From Octopus vulgaris (lineage: Eukaryota): a stretch of 64,000 nucleotides of DNA. Under the pieces are notes generated by a model. It worked only from the letters and a program-made list of their open reading frames with translations, had not been told where the DNA came from and did not search any database. The stretch is taken from the NCBI GenBank assembly GCA_951406725.2, contig OX597821.1:5146001-5210000 (forward strand), read 5' to 3'. Below, piece after piece: positions 42,864-57,360 of this stretch (within the stretch, counting starts at the first letter, position 1; each line of letters starts with the position of its first letter). The translations under genes were made by a program, and so were the position numbers.

Positions 42864-43452
42864 TGAAGTAGATGATAGTGTCTTTCTGTGTATCACCATA
42901 CTTTCACATACACACATGGAAGTGAATGTAAACTTACCTATGTACATCTGTGTGTGTGAGGGAGAGAGAAAGAGAGTGCGTCTTTGAGTGTGATAGGAGG
43001 TCTGCGTGTTCTTCTTGATGTATGTATGTATTTTGTTCTCCTCATCTATATATGTGTGTAACTAGCCACATAGAGTGTCTGCGAAAGCATTAAATGAGAC
43101 AGTAAACGGAATAAGACCTGGAATATATTGGCAATATGCTATTCACTAAATACACAACAGTGACGCTTCCCTTGCTCGATGCCAACGTAAAGATATCTGA
43201 GCGTTGTAACACAGCCAAATGAATACAAATAGCAACAACAACAAGTTCACCAACAACGACAACAACAATAACAAAAGCAAGGGTAAGTGTAACAATAATT
43301 ACAACTACGATACCAAATACGGCCATTATTGTATTACGAAATGTAGCGGGAGCTAAGTGTGGTTGCGGACACTTTCCAATTCCTCAACGTTTAACTTGTG
43401 ATCAATTAATAATTGCAGGTTGTCACAAGTTAACCTGAAAGAATTACATACA

Positions 43453-43518
<66 letters not shown>

Positions 43519-43519
43519 C

Positions 43520-44002
43520 GAGACTGATAGAATAAGTACTAGGCTTACAAAGAAAAAGTCCTGGGGTCGATTTGCTCGACTAAAGGCGGTGCTGCAACAT
43601 GGCCACAGTCAAATGACTGAAACAAATTAATAGAGTAAAAGCGTATACTCTTTTATTTGTTTCAGTCATTTGACTGTGGCCATGCTGCAGCACCGCCTTT
43701 AGTCGAGCAAATCAACCCCAGGACTTATTATTTGTAAGCCTAGTACTTATTCTATTGGTCTCTTTTGCTGAACCGCTAAATTACGGGTACGTAAACACAG
43801 CAGCATCGGTTGTCGAGCGATGTTGGGGTTACAAACACAGACACACAAACATATATACACACATACATATATATACATATACATATATACGACGGGCTTC
43901 TTTCAGGTTCCGCCTACCAAATCCATAGCTTGCCCAAGGTGCCACGCAGTGGGACTGAACCCGGAACTATGTGGTTCGTAAGCAAGCTATTTACCACACA
44001 GC

Positions 44003-44003
<1 letters not shown>
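43520..44003. mobile_element. Two SINE A copies tail-to-tail (3' fragment on +, near-full copy on -)
   Basis: 43520-43642 is the reverse complement of about 43647-43762. Confidence 0.85.
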
Positions 44004-44082
<79 letters not shown>

Positions 44083-44369
44083 TTGTATGTATGTATGTAT
44101 GTATGTATGCATATATAAAAGTACAGGAGTATAGATATATATGGACGTTCGTAGGTAGAGAATTTTAAAAGCTCATATGTTGTATTAAATAAAAACCCTT
44201 GAACAGAAATGTTCAGAAACCCAATTGTGGAATAACAGACACGTACCTACCATAACCTGGTCTGTCGTCGCATACATACGACAGGGCAACTTTTTCAGCT
44301 CCCTTCTTAGACATTTTAATGTTGTGAGCGAGAAAGATATGTGTATGTTAGTTTCTAAAACGAAAGAAT

Positions 44370-44641
44370 AATAATAAATAAATAAATAAATAAATGCGCC
44401 CTTTTAAAGCCTAGCCAGGCTCATGAGCCCGGTTTCTCGGGTTCTATGGCGTATGTGTTCCCCAGCTGGACGGGACGTCGGTCCACCGCAGTGTTACTCA
44501 TTTTTGCCAGCTGAGTGGACTGGAGCAACGTGAAATGAAGTGTTTTGCTCAAGAACACAACACGTCGCCTGGCCCAGGAATCGAAACCACAATCTTACGA
44601 TCATGGTGCTGACACCCTAACCACTAAGCCAGGCGCCTCCA
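44370..44641 (-). mobile_element. tRNA-derived SINE family C (CORE/V-like central domain) with (TTTA)n tail
   Basis: Head ggaggcgcctggcttagtggttag..gtttcgattcc, followed by ttgagcaaaacacttca. Confidence 0.8.
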
Positions 44642-44724
44642 CACACGAAAGAATACTTCAACTGTATTAAAGAATATGTACCAAATTAGTACATATTCCA
44701 TATATATATATATATATATATATA

Positions 44725-45084
<360 letters not shown>

Positions 45085-45768
45085 TTCTTTTTTCTAGTTT
45101 ATTTGAAGATAGATAAATAATAAACTCTGCCTTCTATGATTGGTCTCTTAGCCTTTGATGTGTAACTATGTAAGCGAATTTCCAAGAGAAAAGTATTTAT
45201 TTCTGTTTCGGTGTTTTCCAAAGGTCCTACGGGTTTCCATATCTTTTTCGACAGGGCAGTAACCAATATTTCACTAAAGCCAGTTACTGGATACTGTCTA
45301 AAGGAGAATTTTATGTTGAATCGTATACCCTCTATTATATCTCTATATATAAAATATATATATATAACTTACTTGGAAGAGGACGCGTGGCGTTCAATCA
45401 TATAATAACAGTTTAATAAATAAAACATATGCATACATACATACATACATACATATATGTACATACCTACATCTATATGCTTTGCGGGAAGGACTGTTTC
45501 GACTACGTCGTGTCCTGCCCTTACCTTCGAAACACGCAATAAGTCCAAACGGGCAGCTGAAGAAGGGGAATGTTCCTTGTGTTGCATGTCTTGTACTCTG
45601 TTTTTTCGTTGTTAAAAAAAAGTCCGTTGCCATGTCTTTTTTTATGTTCTCATTTCTCGTTGTGTTCTACGTTTTTATGTGGTGTCCTGTACCCATATAT
45701 GCATGTATATATACATATAGATGTAGGTATGTACATATATATATGCATGCATATGTTTTATTTATTAA

Positions 45769-45824
<56 letters not shown>

Positions 45825-45889
45825 GTATGTATGTATGTATATATGTGTCTACGTACGTATGAATGCATATATGTATGTATGTATGTTTA

Positions 45890-45931
<42 letters not shown>

Positions 45932-45933
45932 AT

Positions 45934-45972
<39 letters not shown>

Positions 45973-46700
45973 CGGCTTCCCATACAGTTTCCGTCTACGA
46001 AATTCACTCACATGGCAGTTGTTCTGGTCCGCCATAGTAGAGGGTTCGTCGTGCAGTTTGATTGAACCCCAAAGTACAGACTGCATAGCGAGGTTCTTAA
46101 CCGCAACAGCATGTCTGCGTCTTTGGGAAGCGAATTGTTATATCCCATCAATTGAGATCGGGTAATTCATGGCAATCAATTAAGGGGAAACTACCTCGAA
46201 ATCATACTTTTCAAGTGGCTGCTTCTGTATAGTTGTTTTACTGTATTGTTCATCATGTTACCCACGCATAGCTTTTGTACGGTAAGTCGGAGGTTAGTTA
46301 GGTCTTGTCTTCGTATTTATAAGAGAAAACAGTAGAATTGTTATTCCGTTGTTCCAAAATTTTGGGATTTCTCTGGATGAGGCAAACCTTGCAATATTTG
46401 TCGATTTGCTTTAATAGAGATCCTTCTGTGTAAAAATCGGTATTTGTCTTCTTCTCATATTTGTTCTCTTCACCAACTTGATTGTGTGTGCAAACTGAAA
46501 TGGTGTACATTCAAAAGAAGACAGTTTTCTGGCTTCATGATATTGGTTTAAGATATGTGTGTGCATAGAGAGAAAGATAGATAGATCAATATGTAGGCAG
46601 GTGTAGATATACATATACGTATATATACACTTAGGAATGTATATATGTATATATATGAATATATGCATATATATATGTATATATATATATATGTATATAC

Positions 46701-46735
<35 letters not shown>

Positions 46736-46737
46736 TA

Positions 46738-47250
46738 CCAATTAAGGACTGAACACGAAAAAGTGGACAGTCAACATGCTAGATATAGACGTCAAATCGT
46801 CATTCTCCACAAAGATTTTGTTCTCAAATAAAAATAAAATTCAGCACGACCTAAAGCAATGGATGAGACAAAAGAAATATACTAAATGGAATAATCACCT
46901 ACGTACCGTACAGTTTCAGCTATTAATATCACAAGGATATCTGTAGCTTCGTCAGCGTAGTTTGTTATGAGCATAATATGTTGTACTAGATGAAAAACGG
47001 TACCGGAGTCCCGCATGCAAAAAGTACGACCTATTACGTTCGGATGTATCTTTCAAATGCCTCTACTTTTGGCGCGCTGATAATCGAAAAACCAGCCTGC
47101 AGCTAATAATTAGCAGCAGTCAATTTATCGGTTTGAGAACATATATTTCATATTTAAAAATTAAGGGTAAAAATTGATATTAGTCAATTAAAACCAGTGG
47201 TCTAGCACATTAAAAAGAATCCGAAGATTAAAATATTTATATATACCAAT
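46738..47250 (-). mobile_element. Circularly permuted monomer (about 508 nt) of the 35248 family
   Basis: Starts ccaattaaggactg and ends tatatataccaat, a junction that is internal and contiguous at about 35341. Confidence 0.8.
46899..46960 (-). ncRNA. Type I hammerhead ribozyme, apparently intact
   Basis: ctacg-CTGACGA-agcta..gatatc..gatatt..tagct-GAAACTGTACGGT-A-cgtag. Confidence 0.85.
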
Positions 47251-47339
47251 ACATAGATAAGCACAAGTTGCGATGTGTACATTGTCGAGATTTTTAATAT
47301 TAATTTCGTGCATGCACTTTATTTTTGATGTCATTGATT

Positions 47340-48120
47340 ACAGTGTACAGAAGAGTTAGTTGGGCACCGTCTATAAGAAGAGAAGCACCGTGGCGCAATT
47401 TACTGTGCCAGGAGTTTGTAAACGACATGCTGCTCCGCTTGGCATTGGAGCCGAAGGCTCCAATACTTACAATTCAGAGTGCGTGAGTGTCAATCTAAGT
47501 ACAATTTGAGGACATGTACCCAGAGTGATAAACATCAAACATCTAGTCAACACCATGGTGTTTAGACTGATCACTAGTGATGGCGACGTTATGTCTCCTG
47601 CTGCCCTGGGTCAAGAGTGTGGATGCTGAGATACTCGATGTCAGACAATATGTCTGAACTGTGCACCATGCCACACAAACAGGAGAACCCAGTCATGGTT
47701 TTCAGACAATTTTTGTGACCACATTACGCCTAACATCTGGCTACCTAACTCCCGAAACTGCAATCCCCTCGAGTTTTATGTGTGGGGCGGAGTTGAGAGA
47801 GACAATCAAATCTCCTAGTAAGACTAAAGATGCTGAGAGAGATAAACAAATCACTTTGTAACACCAAAGATGAAGCGCTGGCAAGGATTTTGGCAGCATT
47901 CACAAACTTAAACATGGAGACCGTCCAGAAGAGTTGCAGGAGATCCCGAAATCGTCTGGAGACTGTGGTTGAAGCCAGTGGCGATTTTATTGTATAAATT
48001 AACTCTTCAGTATTTCAAGATATTTTCATGTAATTTTGGTGAATATATATTAAAATGATTTGTCAGTGTTATTTTAATTTTTGCATAATTTAGGCGGCAG
48101 TTTATTCACCGCACCCTGTA
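47340..48120 (+). mobile_element. Tc1/mariner-superfamily relic with 3' TIR
   Basis: WLPNSRNCNPLEFYVWG motif; ends ttattcaccgcaccctg-ta. Confidence 0.7.
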
Positions 48121-48243
48121 CATATATATATGTGTGTGTGTGAATGTGTGTGTGCGTGTGTATGTGTGTGTGTGTGTGTGTGCGTATGTGTGTGTATGTG
48201 TGTGTGTGCGTATGTGTGTGTGCGCGCGTGTGTGTGTGTGTGT

Positions 48244-48283
<40 letters not shown>

Positions 48284-48284
48284 C

Positions 48285-48410
48285 GCGGCGCGTTGGTCGA
48301 ATCCTTACCGAGCAGAAAAAGGTTTGCAACATTTCTCCCTACTTTAGGGTTTGTGTTCAAATTGCCGCCAGAGTCGACTTTGCCCTTTACTCTTTCGAGG
48401 TCGATAAAAT
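48285..48410 (+). mobile_element. SINE family B, diverged
   Basis: gttcaaattgccgccagagtcgactttgcc..gtcgataaaat. Confidence 0.6.
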
Positions 48411-48589
48411 AACACATATAACTGCCAGTTGAGCATTGGAGTCTATATGATTCACTTTTCCCCTTGTTCGAAATTGTTGGAATTTTGCCAAACTGTGAAT
48501 CCCCTCTGAATTTTTTATAATTGTAGTTGTAGTAAACGCCATACCAGCAATACTGATGGAATAAACGCTAGTAATGAAAGTAAATTTGG

Positions 48590-49600
48590 CACGTCTAGTG
48601 TACAAGGAGTAACAAACCATGTCACATCCCAACTTCTTCAATGTACACAGACATGCAGGAAGTAAATAGACAAATTTGAAAATTTCTGATCTGAGCGTCT
48701 TAATATATTTTCAGCGGTGTAGAATTTACAATGTAATTATTCTTTTTCATGCCCGGTACAATTATATTAGACATTTGCGAAGAGTAACCATGCCACGCAC
48801 AAAAAAATTCAGCAGAACTGTCAGATTTTCAAAGAGGACCTATTGTTGGGTAATCTGAGGCTGGTCTTAGCCAGCAAAAAATTGCCAAAAATCTTCAAAC
48901 TCCTCTTACTATTGTAAATAGAATTATAGAGCAATTCAAAAGCCAAGGAAAAGAATCAACTGATTCTTATCCCAGCTGACCTGGGCCCTCGGAAAGAAAG
49001 CTTCGCTGTTTGAAGAGAATTCTGGAAAACGAACCCCGTTCGAAGGCTTCTGACATTGCCAAACAGCTAGAAGTTAGTCCAAGAATTGTGTTGCATATCT
49101 GCATAAGCTTGGGTACTATGGACGAGCAACGAGAAGAAAACCTCTCCTTCAATCAATTTATATCACAAAAAGAAAGAAAAGGGATAAGGAGATGTCAGAA
49201 AAATCCAGTTCAGTTTGGGATAGAGTGATTTTCTCAGATGAATCCAGATTTGCATCATTTTCTGACAGTGGACGAGTTTGGTTTTGGAGGTTTCCCAATC
49301 ATGAATTTGATTTGAAACGACTCCAACTAAGTGTGAAACATTGCATTATCTCTGTAATTGTATGGGAGCTGTCACTAGCAATGGTCGTCCTGAGCTGATT
49401 GAATGCGTTGGAACCATAAACTCTGAAAAATACATCGAAATACTTAAGCAAGGAATACCTCCGATGTATTCACATGATAACATAATGAAAAATGAGTTTT
49501 TATTCGTGGAAGATGGGGCTCCATGCCACACAGCGAAAAGAAATCAACAATAGGTGACTGAAAATGGGATCAAAAAGCTTCCTTGGCCGGGCCAAGGAAG
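48590..49600 (+). mobile_element. Tc1-like transposon with decayed transposase
   Basis: MPRTKKFS start, WDRVIFSDESRF, GTINSEKYIEIL, EDGAPCHTAK, LPWPGQ. Confidence 0.88.
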
Positions 49601-50046
49601 CTTCGCATTGGTTACTGAAATGCAATTCGAAAAAGCCCGCCGTTAACATACATGTATAAATGGTGAACATTTCTATATGCTACGTTGGATACGATGGTTG
49701 TTCGTCTGGTATGTTGATTTTGTTCATTCGTTATCAATCTTGAATTATGCTTCCACTGATGATTAAAAAGTGCATTACTGCACTAATTATGAAATCACGG
49801 TGATATGCAGCTAAATTCTATTTTTAAGTGACTTGCTTCGAGAGTTGCATTCGGTACTATTTATTTTGGTAGTTTTGACTTTAAGAGTCCTTCCTAGTGT
49901 GTGGCATTTATGTATAGTAATGCCCTCTATATAATACAAATAAATACATTTTAAGTGAAAAAATTGGTGAAATGTTTCTCTTATGAGGTTTTTCACGCTA
50001 ACTACTTGATAAATCTTATAAAGATTTTATCCTATTTTTAAATTAT

Positions 50047-50082
<36 letters not shown>

Positions 50083-50084
50083 AT

Positions 50085-50970
50085 ATAATATAATTCGAGA
50101 CAAAACCACTATTTTGCAAAACAAACGAGGAAAGACTTAATCAATAAATAGATAGGTTGAAGAGGTCCTTTGAATGACCACCGAGGCCAACCAAACTCAC
50201 AACTCTGGATTATTATCTGTGGGGTCATTTGAAATTAGTTGTTTATCAGACACACCCTAGAAATATCGAGGAACTTAAAGAAAGAATTGAAAATAAAGAC
50301 TTAATCAATACATAAAAATATATGCAGGGTGAGGCAAGAGTCACATAGGAGTTAATTTATATTGTTTTAGACGTCAAATTTGTTCTAATATTTTCTTACT
50401 TGCAGGAACAATTTGGACGATGTAACATGAGTGGAAATCTAGCAAATAGATAGGTTGAAGAGGTCCTTTGAATGACCACCGAGGCCAACCAAACTCACAA
50501 CTCTGGATTATTATCTGTGGGGTCATTTGAAATTAGTTGTTTATCAGACACACCCTAGAAATATCGAGGAACTTAAAGAAAGAATTGAAAATAAAGACTT
50601 AATCAATACATAAAAATATATGCAGGGTGAGGCAAGAGTCACATAGGAGTTAATTTATATTGTTTTAGACGTCAAATTTGTTCTAATATTTTCTTACTTG
50701 CAGGAACAATTTGGACGATGTAACATGAGTGGAAATCATGGGAGTAATTTTATAACATGAACATTTAATTTATTAGTTATTTAATTGTTAAATGTGCTGT
50801 TCAGGGTCCTCTCCTTCTTTTTCATAACATATTTCAATTAAGTCTTTCCTTGTTTGTTTTGCAAAATAGTGGTTTTGTCTCGAATTATATTATATAATAT
50901 TTTACTATAAAATTGGATTTAATCCTAAATCTGATTTTCTCCTGTAAATTTGCATTTATTCCCTAATATT

Positions 50971-50975
<5 letters not shown>
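50085..50975. mobile_element. Chimeric insert: PLE-like inverted ends enclosing a tandem (298-bp) inverted copy of the neighbouring Tc1-derived element
   Basis: 50085-50142 is inverted vs about 50837-50895; 50151.. repeats at 50449..; pieces match 51059-51160 (direct) and 51215-51495 (inverted). Confidence 0.75.
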
Positions 50976-51015
<40 letters not shown>

Positions 51016-51034
51016 GGATATATATATATATATG

Positions 51035-51488
51035 CAGGGTGAGGGAAATGTCGAACACCATGGGAGTAATTTTATAACATGAACATTTAATTTATTAGTT
51101 ATTTAATTGTTAACTGTGCTGTTCAGGGTGCTCTCCTTCTTTTTCATAACATATTTCAATTTTTTGCCAGCGTGATTCGTTCACACGTCGGACGGTTTCC
51201 TCTGCTATTTTACTGAATTTATTTTCAATTCTTTCTTTAAGTCCCTCGATATTTCTAGGGTGTGCCTGATAAACAACTAATTTCAAATGACCCCACAGAT
51301 AATAATCCAGAGTTGTGAGTTTGGTTGGCCTCGGTGGTCATTCAAAGGACCTCTTCAACCTATCTATTTGCTAGATTTCCACTCATGTTACATCGTCCAA
51401 ATTGTTCCAGCAAGTAAGAAAATATTAGAACAAATTTGACGTCTAAAACAATATAAATTAACTCCTATGTGACTCCTGCCTCACCCTG
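51035..51488 (-). mobile_element. Non-autonomous Tc1/mariner deletion derivative
   Basis: TIRs cagggtgagg / cctcaccctg; minus strand encodes PPRPTKLTTLDYYLWGHLKLVVYQ..PRNIE. Confidence 0.8.
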
Positions 51489-53467
51489 CATATATTTCTA
51501 AGTTGTTCGCTTCAAAACAACATAGTTTCTTTTCTATTTGTTCTGACTGCACAAGTTACTGATGAATTGTTTTATACAATCTTATCTGATGGTCTCGGTG
51601 CTAGAGATGTGGCTGGGGAATTTATCACTCTATTGGTGATATAAACAAAAATTAATTTTGCTCCAAAATCAAATATGAATCTAACTCTCATGTGATCTAC
51701 CGCAGTATAATTTGTTCTAATACAACATCAACGTCTAAGTGGGTATAAATCTGTTCTACTATAAGCTCATATAAATCAAAGTTGTGTCAGCTAAATACCG
51801 TAGACTGAAACTGTATCGAAGACAAACGACTAAGACATTCCTGATTTTGTGTGGTAAACTTAATGCATTGCACATTTTCTTACCACCACTTCGGTTGTGG
51901 AAGCATTTTAGCGTCGTCCATTTTGCAAGAAGTATATGCTTCACTTCGTTTTGAGATCAACTTCCTTTATCTTTCTGACAAGTCAACAAAGCGATGTATA
52001 AAAAACATGGCTGCTGTTCTACATCAAATAACAATGTCACTAAAAGCTACAATAATACCTATGTGGCATTTACTTTTATTGCTTCGCGACAGGTTGTTCT
52101 TTTCCATTCTACACGAGGTGTTTCAATGGCAACAAAAGATGGTTAGGAATATAAAACTAGCACATATATATCGAGACAGAAAATGAAACAGAATAGTGGA
52201 ATACAAGCCGTCAAGTATTATGCAAAATATTCTGTTCGTTTTCTTTTCCTTTTCAAATGCGATAAACTTGTGAAACATTGCTACGCGTCTGTATTCTATT
52301 CCTACTTTAAATGCAGATAAGACTTGAAGAGATAAGAGTCGTTAGAATTCCTACATATGATTTCATTGTTGCCATTTGTAGTCTCTTCGAAAATATCCTT
52401 TGTTAATCGTTAATTCAGCCAACAATAGAAGAGTCTGTCAAGGAAGGAAGTGATATGAATGTATTCTCTCTGATTGGATGCCAGTCCGGATTAACATTAT
52501 CAATATACTTTAATGTACACACATTAATAGATATCATGATTGATACACAGGCGGAAGGGGTGAACTAGGACCTACAAGTGAGAAATTAATTATTTGGCAA
52601 TGCCCCAATAGATGTCACTAAGTTTATCTTGACTCACCTATCATGTGCCAAAATGTGACTTTCACGTAGCAGGAAAACTAATCTCCCTTTTAAAGACAAA
52701 ATTAAGAAGCCAACCACCGACATACTGCTGTGTGCATTGTATTGACTAATGTGGTTTCTGAGTTATATGAGGTCATCACCAACAAAGACACAGCAAATAC
52801 ATGAATATGCTTAAATAACGAGGCTTTAATATTTGAACAGCAAATTAGCTGACACAAAACTGCAAACTAAGAAGCTGCAGATAACGTATGAAGAATGAGA
52901 TTTGTACTTATATAGAAGGATAAGTCAGTGAAGATCATTGGTGAAGCGTGTTCAGCTCATTATCATTAAATAGTGGATTCAATTCCTGGACAGAGTAGCG
53001 CGCTATGACCTTCAGCAAGCGTGGTGTTTCTTTTCACGTCTACTCGATTGTATATCATTATCAGACGGATGCTGATACAGCCATTCTTTCCTCTAGTTGT
53101 AAGCAGCCGGATGTACAGCTGGATCATAAATGAGGGAAGTAAGGCAATGTGTTTGTCTGCTAGAAGCTATATAGACAGGAAATGTATTTCAAAAGCCGTA
53201 CTCGATTACTGGCCGATGAATAAATGAAATAAAAAGTAATGCGCGAATATAAGTTGCTTCTCTATACGCGAGTAAATGGAAGCAATGTGAAGTCGTCTGA
53301 CTGTGTGTCTCAATATATATATATATATATATATAATGGGCTCTCCCATCGAAGACGACGTATGAGCGTTCAGTATCTGCCAAACGACGTGTACAAATGA
53401 TTTGCTTATAGTGACAATATATTTGGCGTACACACACACAAACACACACACACACACACATATATTT

Positions 53468-53544
<77 letters not shown>

Positions 53545-53924
53545 CATATATACATACATACATATACACAGGTGGGTGGTCAAACAAAAGTGATCTGTCT
53601 TCAATATTCGGCAGACAAGTTGCCTTGTGTCTCCAAGCAAACTTTTTTCAGAACACATAGTTAATCCCAGTTGGAGATCAAGAAGCTGGTCTATAAGGAG
53701 AGACTAACTAGGTGCTCGGATCCCGAAAGATTGCTTTCCATGGAATCAAACTATTAGCAAATCTTATTTACATAAAGTATATAATAGACGATATTTATTC
53801 CTTACGGGACGGAGTAGATTCCTTGTTGATCCTATCTATAATTGAACAGTAAACTATAATTACATACGTACACGCTTACATACATGCATATAATTATACA
53901 TATATATATATATATCTATATCTA

Positions 53925-53982
<58 letters not shown>

Positions 53983-54194
53983 TATATATATATATATGTA
54001 TACCCACACACATATATACACCCACATAAATGCATACGCTTGTAAATATTTGCGTACACACCTCTATATAAATGCATGTATGTTTATATGTGTGTATATA
54101 TGTCTTCATGTGTGTGTCTGTGAGTGTATAAGTAATTGTCATATATGTGTACAGATTTTAAATCACATACGTACATGTATACTCACATATGCAT

Positions 54195-54256
<62 letters not shown>

Positions 54257-54768
54257 TGTTGCTAATGAGTCTGGGTGATTATTTATGTGTACCATTCTAG
54301 ATTGCACAATTTCTAACTTTATATATGAAATTATCAGACATCGTAATCAGTAGATTGTAAATTCTGGAAGATTTTTGCTGGTATTTCTAACATTCTAAGT
54401 GACAACATGAAGGCTCCCATGTTCGCCTGTTATTAATTAAGTAGGTATTGCTGATGTTATTGCTGTAGTTGTTAATCTCTTCATCATCACTAATAGAGAA
54501 TCCTAAGATCAAAGATCCTTTAGATGATTTTGTATTGATTCCGAGTTTTCATTTATCAAACTCTAAAGATTCCATTGCAAACTTCTTCACACGCACAGGC
54601 ACAAGCATATGATCACACACACAAAACCACAAGCACACACAAACGCACTGACACACACACACGCAATATATTTATACACACAAAAATATATATATACACA
54701 TATGTATATATTATAAATATATGTATAGATAGATAGCTATATATATTTAAATAAAATATATATGTGTG

Positions 54769-54850
<82 letters not shown>

Positions 54851-56984
54851 CATAATCTTCCGAGTTCTTGTACAGTGCTTAAAAATGGAAGGACCAGTGC
54901 AATAAATGTGTGAATTTGAAAGGGGAATTATGTTGAATAAAATCTTAACCTTTTGTATTCAACACAAAGTCAAGAACATTTCAGCAGACACTCATGTGCG
55001 TATATATGCATACATACATATATATATATACATATATATATTCCGAATTTGTGTAAACGTGTATAGAATAATATATCAGTTGAATGAAGTTAAAACATGG
55101 TCTGTTTTTACGTTCTTTTATCGTATCTTTTTAAATTTTTTTACAATGTTGAAGTTAGTTAAACATTAAACAAATATTTTGAAATGTTCATAACCTTCAA
55201 TTAGAGCTTTCATACATTCGTAGTAGTCATCAGATTTCAAAATATATTTAACTGACAGTTAAGTTCTTGACAACTGTAGTAAAATGACTGAATTCTTCCT
55301 TTTTATACCTATTAGAAGGTTCCAACAAGCAGAATTTATGGAATACGGTTTTGACCAATCCATATGCAGCTTAAGCATCACGGTTTGCCAGGTGTGCCTA
55401 TATTACTGGTATAGATCCTGCCTTTATTTTAACCAATCAACTTGCCGTTTACATGTAATCTGTTTATGAATTTATGAGTGAGCAAACTTAGTTGGTTTCG
55501 AACGTTCTTTATTTCAATTGGTGGGAGTCTTCTGTAATTTTTTTATATTCATATGTTGAACATATTTTTTAATCCGCATCATTAACTGGTTGCTATATAA
55601 TTGTCGTTATATTATTCTGTTCAGAACACTGTTTGAACATTTTAATAAACCGTCTTCCTTTTAACTTTCTTCGAGCCTCACTTGTTTCATGTAGTTTTTG
55701 CAAAGGAGAAATTAGAAATATTTTCTGACCACATGTTTCTATATGTTCGCTGAATGGAATTTGGAGGTGAGTAGAATCGTGGATGGTGATGACTCCATGG
55801 CTTGTGCACAGGTGAGATTTAGTGGGGCTGCGATGTTAGTAGATGAATTCTTGGACTGAGATGGTGAAGAAGAATGATTTCCTCTTGCTGGTGAACATAG
55901 TAGTAATAGCGGCAGTAAATGATGATTAAGGTGACCACGACGCCAATCTGATGACGGTTGCCACAACAGTGGGTGCGGTGCAGTGGAGAGAATGTGTCAG
56001 ATAAGCACAGGAGGAAGGGATGGACAACCACAAAATATTTGAGATCAATGGTAGCGTTTCAGTGGAATTTCTTGCTGCAGTTGTTCATTCTGCTGTGGTT
56101 GCCATTGCTGACAAAAACCTGTCTTGGTATCTGTGTTAGTTCGTTTTCAGTTCGTCTTGCAATTTTTGCAGCAACGTCATTCGAACATGTGTGAGCGATG
56201 TATTGACGCCAATCTTTGTCCAGTTGCGTTTATAGTAGACATTAGCCTTTTTGATCCGGATATAGGATTAGTGAAGTAATAACCGATAAACATTTTGTGT
56301 GCATGCATATATATATATATTGGATAATGAGACCATATTGTGTCTTTCTCTTCAGGAAGAAATAGGAAATCCGTTGGAAAAAACAAAAACAGAACAGAGG
56401 CGGAGCAAAACAAATCGAACTAGGCTCCTAAGAGCCCATGGCAAAACTGTTTATCAGTGTATGTTGAGAACCGGTGGCTGAAGAATTTAACGGGTCAGGC
56501 AGCGGTCAATCATGTGGGTGAGGGTGTGTAGATGTTCTTTGTGACCGAGAATAAAGTTCTGACTATTTAAGGAATATTGGATGTTTTATAAGGGACGAGA
56601 AAAAATCTACTTAGAGACATGTGTGTGTATACTGATCTATATATGTGTGTGCTTGCGTAGGTTGGCAAGACCTCCGTCAAGGGGTAGAAAACATTTTTTG
56701 TGTACGTGTGTGCGTTTGATCGCTCGGCTGTCAGTGGCTAAGCCGCTCTACACAATGGCTACTGCAGTAAGAGCCGTTGGGTGGCAGAAAAAAATATATT
56801 ATGTTTTATGTGTGTGTGTGTTCGTCTGAACCTGCCTTGTCAAGGTAACCCCCCGTTGTCAAAAAACCAAGCCCCGTATATCTTACAGGAGTAATTCCCC
56901 TTGCAGTGGTTAATCGTAATTATCTTAAAGGCTATTTCAGAATTTGTTACCAAGGGTTATGTGTGCAGGTATTATTTATAAACG

Positions 56985-57360
56985 CTATTTAAAAGCCAGA
57001 TAAGTGTAACGCCGCCAATGGGGGCATCGAAAAGCCGACTGTAAAAGTCCGTTTACCATCCGGCCTCTGGCAAACAAAATATGGAAGAGTTCGGAGACAC
57101 AAAGGTTGCACTGCCTTCTGCCCCTATCAAATGGGAGGGCCACCGACAAAATTGACCATTCCAGCCTGTAGCTTAAGTTCGTATCCTTCAATCGCCATAT
57201 TAGCTTGCTGAGTCCCGTGGTCTGGCGCTTGTTCATGTCCCGAAAAGTTGCGTAATGATTGGAGACTCGCAAAGCCAATCTTGACGATGAGGCCCCTACA
57301 TAAGTGTAGACATCTGAGTCCGTGTAAACCTTGCATTGGTAGACGGCGTTTTCGATCTTG
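56985..57360 (-). mobile_element. Penelope-like element GIY-YIG endonuclease domain (5'-truncated)
   Basis: KIENAVYQCKV..TYVGAS..R..NH..F..TGLSKLIWRLK..LEWSIL..CNLC..E..CPH; the frame stays open upstream of the listed ORF start. Confidence 0.8.

Noticed and set aside
44560-44641. tRNA gene
   Set aside because: It is the tRNA-derived head of a SINE; no complete cloverleaf or terminator
55260-56250. Possible decayed PLE coding sequence (YGLVKT-like motif) on the minus strand
   Set aside because: Too many stops; similarity too weak without a search
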